Shown here piece after piece: positions 1-44,512 of a stretch of 64,000 nucleotides of DNA. The stretch covers positions 310,001 through 374,000 of the forward strand of contig OZ024746.1 in NCBI GenBank assembly GCA_964016885.1. Direction: 5' to 3'. The position numbers were made by a program, and so were the translations under genes. Origin of the DNA: Eledone cirrhosa (Eukaryota). How positions within the stretch are numbered: position 1 is the first letter of the stretch; every line of letters starts with the position of its first letter. The notes beneath the pieces are model-generated. The model was not told the DNA's origin and did no database searches. It saw nothing but the letters and a program-made list of their open reading frames with translations.

Positions 1-2631
1 GAAAGACACTGTCTATGTCATTAGCCCTTTCATTACAATATTTCTAATGAAAGACACTGTCTATGTCACTAACCCTTTCATTACCATATTTCTACTGAAA
101 GACACTGTCTATGTCATTAACCCTTTCATTACCATATTTCTAATGAAAGACACTGTCTATGTCATTAACCCTTTCATTACAATATTTCTAATGAAAGACA
201 CTGTCTATGTCATTAACCCTTTCATTACCATATTTCTACTGAAAGACACTGTCTATGTCATTAACCCTTTCATTACAATATTTCTAATGAAAGACACTGT
301 CTATGTCATTAACCCTTTCATTACCATATTTCTACTGAAAGACACTGTCTATGTCATTAACCCTTTCATTACCATATTTCTAATGAAAGACACTGTCTAT
401 GTCATTAACCCTTTCATTACCATATTTCTAATGAAAGACACTGTCTATGTCATTAACCCTTTCATTACCATATTTCTACTGAAAGACACTGTCTATGTCA
501 TTAACCCTTTCATTACAATATTTCTAATGAAAGACACTGTCTATGTCATTAACCCTTTCATTACCATATTTCTACTGAAAGACACTGTCTATGTCATTAA
601 CCCTTTCATTACCATATTTCTACTGAAAGACACTGTCTATGTCATTAACCCTTTCATTACCATATTTCTAATGAAAGACACTACCTATGTCACTAACCCT
701 TTCATTACCATATTTCTACTGAAAGACACTGTCTATGTCACTAACCCTTTCATTACCATATTTCTAATGAAAGACACTGTCTGTCATTAACCCTTTCATT
801 ACCATATTTCTACTGAAAGACACTGTCTATGTCATTAACCCTCTCATTACCATATTTCTAATGAAAGACACTACCTATGTCACTAACCCTTTCATTACCA
901 TATTTCTAATGAAAGACACTGTCTGTCTTTAACCCTCTCATTACCATATTTCTAATGAAAGACACTACCTATGTCATTAACCCTCTCATTACCATATTTC
1001 TAATGAAAGACACTACCTATGTCATTAACCCTTTCATTACAATATTTCTACTGAAAGACACTGTCTATGCCATTAACCCTTCATTACCATATTTCTAATG
1101 AAAGACACTACCTATGTCACTAACCCTTTCATTACCATATTTCTAATGAAAGACACTGTCTGTCTTTAACCCTCTCATTACCATATTTCTAATGAAAGAC
1201 ACTACCTATGTCATTAACCCTTTCATCACCATATTTCTAATGAAAGACACTGTCTGTCTTTAACCCTCTCATTACCATATTTCTAATGAAAGACACTACC
1301 TATGTCATTAACCCTTTCATTACCATATTTCTAATGAAAGACACTGTCTGTCTTTAACCCTCTCATTACCATATTTCTAATGAAAGACACTACCTATGTC
1401 ATTAACCCTTTCATCACCATATTTCTAATGAAAGACACTACCTATGTCACTAACCCTTTCATTACCATATTTCTAATGAAAGACACTACCTATGTCATTA
1501 ACCCTTTCATTACCATATTTCTAATGAAAGACACTACCTATGTCATTAACCCTTTCATTACCATATTTCTAATGAAAGACACTACCTATGTCATTAACCC
1601 TTTCATTACAATATTTCTACTGAAAGACACTGTCTATGCCATTAACCCTTCATTACCATATTTCTAATGAAAGACACTACCTATGTCACTAACCCTTTCA
1701 TTACCATATTTCTAATGAAAGACACTACCTATGTCATTAACCCTTTCATTACCATATTTCTAATGAAAGACACTACCTATGTCATTAACCCTTTCATTAC
1801 CATATTTCTAATGAAAGACACTACCTATGTCATTAACCCTTTCATCACCATATTTCTAATGAAAGACACTACCTATGTCATTAACCCTCTCATTACCATA
1901 TTTCTAATGAAAGACACTACCTATGTCATTAACCCTTTCATTACAATATTTCTACTGAAAGACACTGTCTATGCCATTAACCCTTCATTACCATATTTCT
2001 AATGAAAGACATTACCTATGTCACTAACCCTTTCATTACCATATTTCTAATGAAAGACACTACCTATGTCATTAACCCTTTCATTACCATATTTCTAATG
2101 AAAGACACTGTCTATGTCATTAACCCTTTCATTACCATATTTCTAATGAAAGACACTACCTATGTCACTAACCCTTTCATTACCATATTTCTAATGAAAG
2201 ACACTACCTATGTCATTAACCCTTTCATTACCATATTTCTAATGAAAGACATTGTCTATGTCATTAACCCTTTCATTACCATATTTCTACTGAAAGACTG
2301 TCTATGTCATTAACCCTTTCATTACCATATTTCTACTGAAAGACTGTCTATGTCATTAACCCTTTCATTACCATATTTCTAATGAAAGACACTACCTATG
2401 TAATTAACCCTTTCATTACCATATTTCTAATGAAAGACACTGTCTGTCTTTAACCCTCTCATTACCATATTTCTAATGAAAGACACTGTCTATGTCATTA
2501 ACCCTTTCATTACCATATTTCTAATGAAAGACACTACCTATGTCACTAACCCTTTCATTACCATATTTCTAATGAAAGACACTACCTATGTCATTAACCC
2601 TTTCATTACCATATTTCTAATGAAAGACACC
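1..2631. repeat. 48-bp tandem array, unit TTAACCCTTTCATTACCATATTTCTAATGAAAGACACTGTCTATGTCA, more than 50 copies, runs off the left edge
   Basis: Directly visible periodicity with minor variants and occasional short deletions. Confidence 0.97.
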
Positions 2632-3672
2632 AACTATTATTTGCAAATAGCTTTGCAAATAATCAAGAATTTGTAAGTATTCAGTAATCTAACTAAATTT
2701 TACATTATTTAAATATGAACACTTTAAAACAAAAATCCTTGCATCATAAAACCAGGAGTGGTTTTAGGTGGTTTGGTAATGATCACATACAGACATTTCT
2801 TTGTTAGGTGAAATACTGTAATCCATTCTTTAATTATGTTATTATTACTATTATTAACTAGCTCATGAGGAAGGGGCAGTGCCCATGGCCTTCACAGCTG
2901 TCCAAGAGCAGTGACATTGATGTTGTTAATGTTCTGCCTAGACTGTAACAAGTTGATCAATGTAGGAAAGACATATAGAAAGGAGGTGGGGGTTCTGACA
3001 AAGGGTCAACATTTCACAGAAGATGGACAGGGTGCAGTGTTTAGTGTGGGGCCTGGAGGGCTGGACAGGGTGATGGGAAGAGTGAGTGACGAGTATGTGA
3101 GTGGAGATGACAGGAGACCGACTAGTTCCAACAAACAGAAGTCATGTAGTAACAGTAGATAAAGAAAAGGGAGAAGACACATCATATGTGGTCAGTAGTT
3201 GGAGTATTTGTAAAGGACTTCATTGGATATGGTCTATGATGAGTGTGTGTGTGTGTAGGGGGGGGGGGCATTACACCAGTGTGGGTCTCATCTGAACTGG
3301 GGACTGAAGCATATTGTGGCCATTAAGAGAAGGATCAAATTTTGAGATACCAATGAGAGGCCCAGGGCTCTGGTTGTATGCTGCTTAACCCTTTCATTAC
3401 AATATCTCTAATAAAAGACATTGCTCAATTGTTTTAAATAACTTTGAAAATAAACAAACATTCAGATAGATTTAGTATAACAACTTTCTCATTATTCTGT
3501 TTGGAACATAACTTAAAGGTTCTACATAAAATTACGAGGGAAGGTTTTAATTTAAATATAAACTGTGTAAAATGAGGTATTTTATATAACAGAACCATGG
3601 GTGTCAAAAGGGGTTGGAGAGAGAGAGAGAGGGGGGGTGTGACTGGTAAGACATCCTGAAAAGTTAAAATAC

Positions 3673-34219
<30,547 letters not shown>

Positions 34220-34392
34220 CTTGCTTTGTCCTGTAAAATATTGAAAATATTGTAACAAGAAAGAAAAAAAAAAAATTAGCAATTACAGAGTGATGCGTCA
34301 TTTTCGCCATTTAAAAGCCCCCGAAACTGTTAACTTTATATTTATCATATATTTCTTGTCCAAATCTTCATCGGTGCCCTACAAAAATGTTC

Positions 34393-34852
34393 ATCACCAT
34401 CATCATACATTCGTTTTTCCCTCCTTGCAAGGGTGGGATAGGTCCTATTCAGCACAGCATCTCTTCACTTGTCACAGTCCTTCGTCATCTCCTCTGTGAG
34501 CTTCAGCGATCTGAGGTCTGCTCTCAATACCTCTGCTCATGTTTTTCGTGGTCTTCCTTCTACTGGTATTTCTTGGCACTTCTTTACCCAGCGGTCATCC
34601 TCCATGCGCATCACATGTCCATACCATCTCAGTCTTCTCTCCTGCACACTACAACTTATCCCTCTTATACACAGTTTCTCTCTCAACTTAGCTATGCTTG
34701 ATCGTTCACGCACATTGACATTTCACATCCAACAGAGCATGCTTGCTTCATTTCTCTCCAGCCGTCGCATATCCTCTGCAGTTGCTGCCCATGTCACACT
34801 ACCATGCAGCATCACGCATCTCACACAGGCATCATATAACCGGCTTTTCGTA
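34393..34852 (-). mobile_element. 5'-truncated RTE LINE (same subfamily as 19245-20298)
   Basis: Closely matches 19245-19700. Confidence 0.85.
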
Positions 34853-36809
34853 TCAAGAAATATTCAATGTATGTAAAGTTATGTTAACAGTTTGTGGGTG
34901 TTTTAAAAAGCTAAAATGACCCTTCCATCTTGTAATTACTTTAGTTACAACACATGGTCCCAGATCAAGTCACTTGTCATCAAGTACAACTAGTTTATCA
35001 GAAACAGAGATTGTTTTCTAAAAATATTATCAACTGTTGAAAGAAGACATAAAAAATATGAAAGAAATCAACTTTTACCAACAAGTTCCCTTCGATTTCA
35101 CTGTTTTATCATCATCATTTCAATGTCCGCTTTCCCTGCTAACAAGGTTTGGATGGGCCTACATAGACCAAGTCAGTCCTGAAGTGGGGCTACTCACCTC
35201 CAAGACAAACTAGGGATCTGTCGCCTTGCTTACATATAGTCTCACATTCTACTGAGTGTACAGAGGAGGTTGTTTTGTCTTTGACACAACTGAAAGGTGA
35301 ACGCAATCCTTTGTTTGGCAAGATTTCTACAGCTGGATGCCTTTCCTATCACCAACCACTTTAGGGAAGTGGTTATTAGAGTGCAATAGTGAGGGAGTCT
35401 TTTGAGGAGGCAGTAGTTGTTACCTCTTAACATCCTGTACTGCCTGAAACCTCATTAGCTGGACATTCTTGAAAACTACAGAACAGCAATGACTACATCA
35501 TATTAAAAATTGAAGTCTTTAATTTACTGCAAATATTCACAACAATCTGTCCACAAGTAAAGATACTATAAGCATTTGAATTAACAAACTTGTTTTAAAA
35601 TATTTTCTAATAAATCATTAGAGGATTACAAGAAAGGCCTAAACTACTCCCAATTTAAGATTGTGCTGTGTTGTATTGTACATAGACTTCAACTAGCAAT
35701 AACTGGAAATTGTAATATCACAATACAGTTATTCTCACTGACAAGTATCCATTGTAACTAGAACTCCTAAAATAGTTGTTATTCTCCAGATATAGATGTT
35801 AGTCAAGAGTCTCATGGGAAAGAAAAACTGATAACTATGGTATTGGATATGAGCACGGGATATCAACAGATATTTGTGATGGTAAAGCAGTAGTATCTGT
35901 GTGTGCATATATATATATTATATATAATTATACACAACTGAAACATTCATAAGCTGACTATGAAAGATTAATGCTAGAGCTGTGAAATCTTGTATGCATT
36001 AATTTCAATTCATCTTATTAATAACTGCATTGTTTTTCCAGGGATTATGTTGAAAAATAAACCTTATTTGGTCATTCCACAAGAATTCAGCCGACCCTCA
36101 TATATACATGTTCATTTTATTAAGACTAAATAGTGAGTCTTGTTACCCTGGAGTAATTTAGCCTTAATAAAATGAAACTCTACTTCAGTATTGAGTACTC
36201 TTTTCTCTCTGCTGTCAACCACATACAGATATTTATTGTTTGTCACACACACAGACATCATCATGATTTTATGTCAACTTTTTACACTGAAATAGTTTGG
36301 ATGAGTTGTCATGGTCCAAGATTAGACAGGTCAGAACAAACTCATGTTGCTCATATATTCTATATATAGCATGGTTTTTATGGATGGGTGCCCTTGCTAA
36401 TGCTAACCCCCTTTAGAGAAGGTAGTGGGTGCATTTTTCATGGCATCACAATTACCACTTTACAGAGTGGATGTAATTTATTGTTGCACCAACACTAACA
36501 GAGTGGCCTGGGTGCATTTTATAGAGGTTGTGATATGTTTAGTCAAACTTCTTCTTCCGTGACATATACACAATAGTTAGAGAGATCGAGATTGGAGAGC
36601 CAGACTAAGGCGTCATTTGTAGTATTATGGATTGCCATTTCCCACCCCTTAGTCAAACTGAAAAGTGCTTTCAAACCCTGTTTTGTTTTTATTTGATTGC
36701 CTAACACTAACCTCTGGTCTCCTACCATATATAATTTTAGTATTGCAGTGCTTGAGCTGGTGCACAGCGCTCCTGATTTATGGCATATCAGTCATCATTA
36801 TATGTTTGA

Positions 36810-36990
36810 TTGGCAGTATCGGTAGAGGGTTGGACGCCATGCTTTCTAGCATAGTTACGTCCCTTTACATTCTGAGTTCAAATCCCGCCGAGGTTAACTT
36901 TGTCTTTCATCCTTACGGGGTCGATAAATTAAAGTACCAGTAATGTACTGGGTAATTGCTGGCCTTGTGCCTAAAGTAGAAACAATTATA
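36810..36990 (+). mobile_element. Second short tRNA-derived SINE family (GAGTTCAAATCCCGCCGAGG...GGCCTTGTGCCTAAAGTAGAAAC)
   Basis: B-box present; other copies at about 23126-23252, 12465-12650 (minus), 42480-42700, and tail fragments at 10692 and 54495. Confidence 0.75.
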
Positions 36991-37390
36991 TGTTTGGTTT
37001 TTCCAAATTGAATGGGATTTTGCTAGTGTAGTGTCTGTCCCATGTTACAACTCTATACTACCCCTTTTGTGAAGTTCAATCTTTGAGATCAGCTCTCACC
37101 ATTTCTTCTAGGTTGTCTTCTATCAAAGATTCTGTCCACTTCACACATCTTATCCAAACTCCTCATATGAATCCAATGTCCACAGCAGTGTAGTTCTTCA
37201 TTTGTGTACATTACATCTAATTTCTCTCAAACTCAGTTTTTCTCTTGGTTCATTTGTGCTCTGTTGCTCATACACACGTTAACATTACATATCTAGCAGA
37301 GGATACATGTTTCATTTCAGCTCTCACACAACCTCCACATTTCACTACCGTTCAATAGGGTACTTTGTACACAATCTGTCCTTCTCTTAA

Positions 37391-37594
37391 CCCTTTTATG
37401 ACTGTATTTCTAATGTAATACACTATTTCAATTAATTAATGAAGAATTTTGAGGGATTTAATAAAATTATTAATTATTTCATTACTAAGATAGTATCTTA
37501 ATGTAAGGTTCTTATATAAAATTATGTTGAAAATTTAAATTTAAATTGGAAACCTTTAATATATAACGTTTTGGCCGGGTTGTTAACTAAAGGG
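37391..37594. mobile_element. piggyBac-type MITE inserted in an old RTE fragment
   Basis: TTAA TSD and CCCTTT/AAAGGG ends; matches 9217-9446. Confidence 0.82.
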
Positions 37595-38263
37595 TTAAAA
37601 AGAGCATCCCTTTATTGTTAGCAGAGGAAATAACTTTCTAAACATGTTCTCTCCCAGTTCTTACTCTGGTTATATGTTCTGTTGTAAAATTGCCTTTTGA
37701 AAATTTTGTTAGAAAGAATAATGACAACTCCCTTTCCCAATGGTGGTGCCCCAATAAAATGCACCCAGTAAACTCTGCAAAGTGGTTGGCATTAGGAAAG
37801 GTATCCACCTGCAGAAATCATGCCAAAATAGGAACAGATGTAAGTGAAACATAGTCCCTTAATCTAGGAGCTGAGGGCAGTAGCTCTGATTACTGACTTG
37901 ATCTATAATAATCTGGACAACTGATGCCAACATAGAAAAGTGGATGTAACATGATGATAATGATGATGATGTGCAAACTTACAAACAAGTTTTGAAACAA
38001 ATAATATATATAACAATGTCAGAAAATTTATTCATAAAAAGCAGTCTGTTTTTCCCTAGGACTTAGCGATAGAAAAATTTGAATATATTAATAAAATATT
38101 ATAGTTTACACTGAAAGTCTGAATGATTGTATATTATTGTTTAAATTGCATCTTTATCAATGAAAATATGTCAACAACGAGCGACATATCTATTGTACCT
38201 TCAAAAGCTCAATTCAAAATATGATACATTTTGGGATTGGAATGGCTTAAGTATATATACTGT

Positions 38264-39125
38264 CATCATCATCGTTTAATGTCCATCTTCCACGCTTGCA
38301 TGGGTTTAGACGGGAGTTTTCCCACTTGAGGTAAGATTTGTTGTCCTGCTCGTATAGGACTGTCTGGCGGGTTTTCTACGGCTGGATGCCCTTCCTAACA
38401 CCAACCACGTTTACAGTGTGGACTGGGAGGTTTTTACCGTGTTACATACACGGCCACATTACAGCGTGGACTGTGTTTTTTTTTGTCGTGACACCTACAC
38501 GACCTCATTTGTTTCGGACTGGATGTTGTGGTACCAACATAACTTCACATTTAAGGGGGTGGTGTGGATAGGGTGGGGGTAGTGGGACGGGGGGAGGAGG
38601 TGTATTTTGTTAGAGGTGCCTACTGACTGTAGGTTTCGCTTTGTACTTAGGCAAGGCGGGTCTTCTGTATGACTGTGTAGCGTCAAAGATCTCGGTCCAG
38701 TGACATTGTCTTGGAGAGGTGTAAGTGTGTGAGGTCGGAACTTATCAAGTCGTCCCAGGTTTTTCTGGGTCTGCCTACTCTGTGGCTACCGTCTATTTTG
38801 ATCGCCCTGCACTTTTTTATACAGCTGTCGTCTTTCATGCGCATCACGTGACCGTACCAACGTAGTCTTCTCCCGAGTAAACAACATCTGATCCCTCTTA
38901 TTCCTAATTTCTCACTTAGTTCATTTATGCTTTGCCGTTCACGTATATTACTATTACACATCCAGCGGAGCATGGAAGCTTCGTTTCTCTCCAGTTTGCG
39001 TATATCCTCTGCACACAATGCCCAGGTCTCATTGCCATGTAACATTGCTGTTCGTATGCAGGCATCATACAGCCTGCCTTTCATTTTTAGAGAGAACCCT
39101 TTAGCGGCCAATAGTGGTATAAGCA
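38264..39125 (-). mobile_element. 5'-truncated RTE LINE
   Basis: ORF 38683..39126 (KGRLYDAC...RLRWYGHVMR...GRPRKTW), 3' UTR, (GAT)n tail. Confidence 0.88.
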
Positions 39126-41040
39126 CTGTAGATGTATATTTATAATGTTAGACATAATAGCATTCGCAGCTATTTACATCTTTGGTGGTAACGCAATAGC
39201 TTGCTTTCTATTGTGTTTATTTGTACTTGTTACTTATTTCAACAGACATAGTTTTTTAACTAACAAAACTTTAAGATCATACAACAAGTTTCCACATTAT
39301 TGGAGAGGCATAAGCCCCAAAAGTTCCTTAGTGCTAGATGGCTTCATATAAAATGAAGGTGTGACTTATATACAAGTATATACAGTAGTTTCTTTTATGA
39401 TGATAATTATAAATTGACTGATTAATTATATCTTGTCCTTTCTTTCTCCCTGCCTATTTTTGTTTGTGCCATACAGATTTATTATTGTGCCAAAAGTAGA
39501 AACAATTATTATCTAAACATTAGGGTGGTGGATTAACAGTAATTGGTAGAACCTTGGACAAAGATGCTTTGTGGCATATAGTTATGTCCCTTTACGTTCT
39601 GGATTCAAATTTCATCTTTATGGTGATTATTTGAGACCCAAAAGAAGTTGTCAGCTATAATCAGGACTTCTTTCTCAAAGGGCCATCATTGAAGTGAGTC
39701 ACAAGTTCACTACATAGAAACACTGTCATATCCTGTCAGACATAAGTATCTACACTATATATTTGTTTTGAGTATGATTTTCTGTCTTTTTAATTCTGTT
39801 CCTTATTTTATAATATAGACACAAGCTGTCTAATGTTGGTGATCTACATGATAAATACACCCAGTAGACTCTGTAAATATGTTGGTCATAGAAAACTTGT
39901 CAGACAAATGGTCAAAGGACTCTTCAGCTGGGTAAGACACGAGAACCTCCCTTGTGTTGGTGTGTGACAATAAAATACACTCAGTACACTCTGTAAAATG
40001 TGGAAATGTATGTAAGCAATATGTGGCCCTGGTGAGTCTGAGAGGTCAGTGGTGTCGATTATGTACTGACTTGGGCAAGTGCATGTTAAATGATGATGAT
40101 AATGATGGCATGAAGCAGCCCTCACTCTCAATTATATAACTTACCATTAATGATTTGTGATAATATATACAAAAGCAGTGTACAATTGGCTTCCATCATT
40201 GACCAATATTAAACATTTGGGGGCTGGACACTGCTGACTGTCATTGGTGCAGAGGTCAGAGCATACATGTCATTCAGGGCATGGTATATGTAGTAACATA
40301 ACTATGTTCTAAGTATTCCTTCTGGAACACTGCAACAACACAATATTGCATGTTGTTGTATTCCAAAAAGAGGGCGAAAAAGAACAATGTAGGAGAGTAA
40401 ACAAAGAAAGCCAACATCACATCTGCACAGTGTTAATAACTTACAAGGTAGAGATAGACTTGAAGAAAACCGTATTGCAATAATGGTGCAACACCCTCAC
40501 CTTATGGCATGGTCTGACTCCCCCAACAAAAAGTTCTGATTGTTGAGTTGAAAGGGACTTGGGAAGGTAATATGGAATGGGGACAGGAAAAGTTGTAGGG
40601 GCTTTGAGAAGGTAATATGGAATAGGCATGTGAAAAGAAAGCCTAAAATACAAAAGATTCAGGGAGTCATGCAAGGCAAGAAAATGTCACTTTATGATTC
40701 TTATAGAAGTGAATTGCTATAGATTTATAGTTAGAAACATTTGTGCTACAATGGCTGGTACTTAACTTAGGAATTATTGCAGAGCAGTTTGTGAACTGAA
40801 ATAGAAAATACTTCAGCATGGATATGGTTGATATGAGATAAAGAGAAGTACTAGAGAGAGGTCAGATCCTTGAATGAACAGTTCTCCTGGGCACTATGTT
40901 GTTACTGCTTGAATACAAACCAATACTGCATGGAGTCTACTTTGTACATTTTAAAGTGGTACCAACACTAGGGAGTTTGTCTTGTTTTAGTCAGCATGAA
41001 TGATGGCTCAAGGATGAACTAAGAGAAAAACTGGACCATC

Positions 41041-41350
41041 ATGGCTTAGTGGTTAGAGCATTGGGCTTGCAATCGAAAGGTTGTGAGTTCAATTCTCAGA
41101 CCGGGTGATGTGTTGTTTCCTTGAGCAAGACACTTTATTTCACATTGCTCCAGTTTACTCGGCTGTAGAAATGAGATAATAGGACTGGGGTCCATATCAT
41201 TCCACTGCAACGGCAAAAAAGCACCCAGCACTCACTGTAAATGAGGTTGGTGTTAGAAAGGGCATCCAGCTGTAGAAATCAAGCCAGAATCAGTTCCCGT
41301 CCCACCCTTGCAAACAGGGAAAAGCGGAAGTAAAATGAAATGATGATGAT
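41041..41350 (+). mobile_element. tRNA-derived SINE, same family
   Basis: Near-identical to 10250-10590 with a small internal deletion. Confidence 0.86.
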
Positions 41351-41810
41351 CATCATCATCATCCAACATCCATTTTACACGCTAGCATGGGTTATTGTCC
41401 ACGTATTGCTCATACAACATCGTTTATGGCTTGGTTTCTATGACTGAATGCCCTTCCTAATGCCAACTACATTTACAGCGTGGACTGAGTGCTTTTTGTC
41501 GTGTCACCTACATAACAGGAATTCAATGTGGTGTGCAAGATAGAAGACTGTGCTAGTATGGACATGTGATACATATGGATGATGAATTCTGAGTGAAAAG
41601 TTTCAGGAGATGCCAATGGAAGGAAGCTGCAGTAGAGGAAGACCTGTGCCCCACAGAGGATACAACAAAGGAGTGCACTAACTGCAAGAAGGCTTTGCTG
41701 GAGAACCAATCTATCCAACCCATGGAAGAAGAAAAATAAAATAATGATAATGTTACATAGTATCATTATCATGTCCCCGCAACTGGTGCAGCCAATCATT
41801 GTGGGTGCCA

Positions 41811-41958
41811 CCAGTCGTTGGGGTGCCTCTCTAGATGTGCCACTGGTACAGCCAGTCGTTGGGGTGCCTCTCTAGATGTGCCACTGGTACAGCCAGTCGT
41901 TGGGGTGCCACTCTAGATGTGCCACTGGTACAGCCAGTCGTTGGGGTGCCACTCTAGA
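41811..41958. repeat. 40-bp minisatellite, about 3.7 copies (CCAGTCGTTGGGGTGCCTCTCTAGATGTGCCACTGGTACA)
   Basis: Visible tandem copies. Confidence 0.9.
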
Positions 41959-42939
41959 CACTTTGACAGTCAGTTGTCAACATTGGTCTCTATACACCTT
42001 CATGTGTAGAAGGGTCTCAGTGTTGTGACCAGACCAGTCTTTGATGTCGTCAGACCAGGATTTTATTTGCCTGCCTCTTCTTCACCTTCCCCCCCTTGAC
42101 TGTGCCTTGAAGGATGTTGTAAATAGTTTCATTACACTTCATATGAGACCATAATATATGCTCTAGGATGAGAAACATTCCTTCTTTATTAAAGTACCTC
42201 CAAGTTGTTTTACAGCTATCCTTACTTTGTATTGAGGACTTTCCAATGTTTATTGTCAAAATCTTTATCACAGTTCCCAAGGCTTCAGTGACAACAGGAT
42301 CATGACCTTGTCAACTTCTTCATTCTAACACTTGACAATTTCATATTTAAAGTTACTGTAATGTTCCACTTGTCTTTTTTCATAAATTTTGTTTTATTCT
42401 AGTATCAAATTGGTTGGCACATCAATTACAAAATAAACTTTCAGCTTCTTATCAATGAACAATTATTATTGTTGTTGCTGATAACGGTAGGACAGTATCA
42501 ATAAAACGTCAGATAAAAAACTTGGCATCATTTACTTATGGTTTTCTACATTCTAAGTTCAAATCCTGTTGAGGTTAACTTTTCCTTTATCCTTCAAGAG
42601 TTGATCAAATAAAATACCAGTTATTTATTGGAGTTGACATAACTGACTTTCCCCTTCTCCCCAAATTACTGGCCTTGTAACAATGTTAGAAAGAATTAGT
42701 ATTGAGTGTTGGAGAAAATACTTTGTGGCATGTAGTTATTGTTCTTTAAATCCCACTGAACCATTCAGGGTCGATATATTTAACTTACTGAATTAGAAAC
42801 CATTATTATTATTATTATTATTATTGATAAACAGAAATCAAATGAAATATGAGAGATGTTGAAGAGGTAACAATGTCAGTCAGAATATATTTGATATGTC
42901 CACTGGAATTAATATTACATCATTCTATGATTGGAGAGA

Positions 42940-43330
42940 GAACCCCTTTATTGTCAATAGGGAGCTACTACCTCTGTAAAGGGATTCTTTCTATGGGTAA
43001 ATTGTATGATGCCTGCAATGTTGTATGGCAGAGAAATATGGGTAATGAATGTGGAGGATATGAGACGGACAGAAAGAAATGAATCTAACATAGACTATCG
43101 CATGTGCAATGTTAGTGTGCATAAACGACGAAGCACTGATGAACTAAGAGAAAAACTGGGTATGAGAAGAACTAAATGTTATGTGTAGGAGGAGAGAAGA
43201 CTGTGCAGGTATAGCTATGGGTGAGAAGAAAAAAGCCATGGAAGACTAAGGGATGTGCAGGCAGAAATGCTGAAAGCTGATCTAAAAAAACAAACTATAC
43301 TTTAACTCACAAAGTAAATGACAAAGAAAA
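42940..43330 (+). mobile_element. Degenerate RTE LINE 3' fragment
   Basis: KLYDAC, MLYGREIW, ERNE...MCNV, ELREKLG. Confidence 0.7.
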
Positions 43331-43987
43331 CAAACAAAAAACAAATAAAGATAAACAGTACTAGAGAGGACCCAGAAAACTGGATGATAATGACTTAATA
43401 CTGTATACATATTTCACTGTCAACCAGGTTTATCTCGCCTAGTTGATATCGTACACATTTTACAAATAAATTGAACGTTTGTCATCTCAGATTCCCCTGA
43501 AAATTGAGAGGCAGGGTTTGTGTTGTTGTTGACCCCTAAGTCAATACTCACTGTGCAGTCGTAGGATTAAAAACATTCTAGCTTTGACTACTCCATTTTT
43601 AGGAAGAAACATCTATGTCTATCTACATGATCAAATGTTATGTCTTTAAAACAGTAGGATGCGATTTGAGGGAGATTTGGTTGCTATATCTAGCAAGTCG
43701 AACGACCTGGGGACGTTTGTTAATGATGGAGACAGGTGTAAGTAGAACTCAAGAAGACAGTCTAGAGCCAGTGGAGTTGAAGAAGAGCAGATGGCACTTG
43801 GAATGAAACACAAATGTTCTTTGAAAATATTTTACATGACTAAACAAGAATTAAATCATTAACACGTAATTAGTAATGTAACTAAATTGTTATTAAATAA
43901 CCAACATATACGGTAAATATATTACAAGATGAGTAACAAGCATATTACATAATTTGTAACTAACACATACGCTAAATGATTACTAAA

Positions 43988-44512
43988 TACCCGATATACT
44001 CGTGTATAAGTCGCACCCTTATTTTACACAAAACATCGACAATGCAGCACATATTTTGAACTGCAGTTTTGTAGGTCGAATATATAAGTCGCATACTGGT
44101 TTTTCATGTCATATTTTCGTAGGAAAAGAATCAACTTATATACGTGTGTGTATAAAGTAATTAAAAGGTTTTCGATATAAAATACAATTATAGTATTTTG
44201 TGAATATATTAAACATTTCCCAATCATAGAGCTTTAGAAGAGAAAACGACCTCTTTTAACCAATATCTCCTGTGATAGACTCGGTTTTGACAAAGTTGAC
44301 TTGTGAATGAAATTGGAAGATGGAAACTGTACGGAAGCCCGCTAGCTATATCTCTCTCTATATAAGCCAGATATACTTGTGTATTTGCATCTCCATTTTA
44401 CATACAACATTGAATTGAGGTTTCGTAAGGTCAGTAGATACACTGAAAACTGGTTTTAAATTATGTAATTTCGTGAGAAAAAGGTGTGACTTATACACGA
44501 ATATCAACGGTA
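43988..44512. mobile_element. Tc1/mariner(pogo)-type MITE
   Basis: Imperfect TIRs TAC..ATATACTCGTGTATAAGTCGCAC / GTGACTTATACACGAATAT..CGGTA; shorter relative at about 24640-24795. Confidence 0.6.

Noticed and set aside
47-2676. Repetitive ORFs (MKDTVYVINPFITIFL)n
   Set aside because: They arise from a stop-free 48-bp unit; frames are broken by short deletions and the array lies in an INO80 intron.
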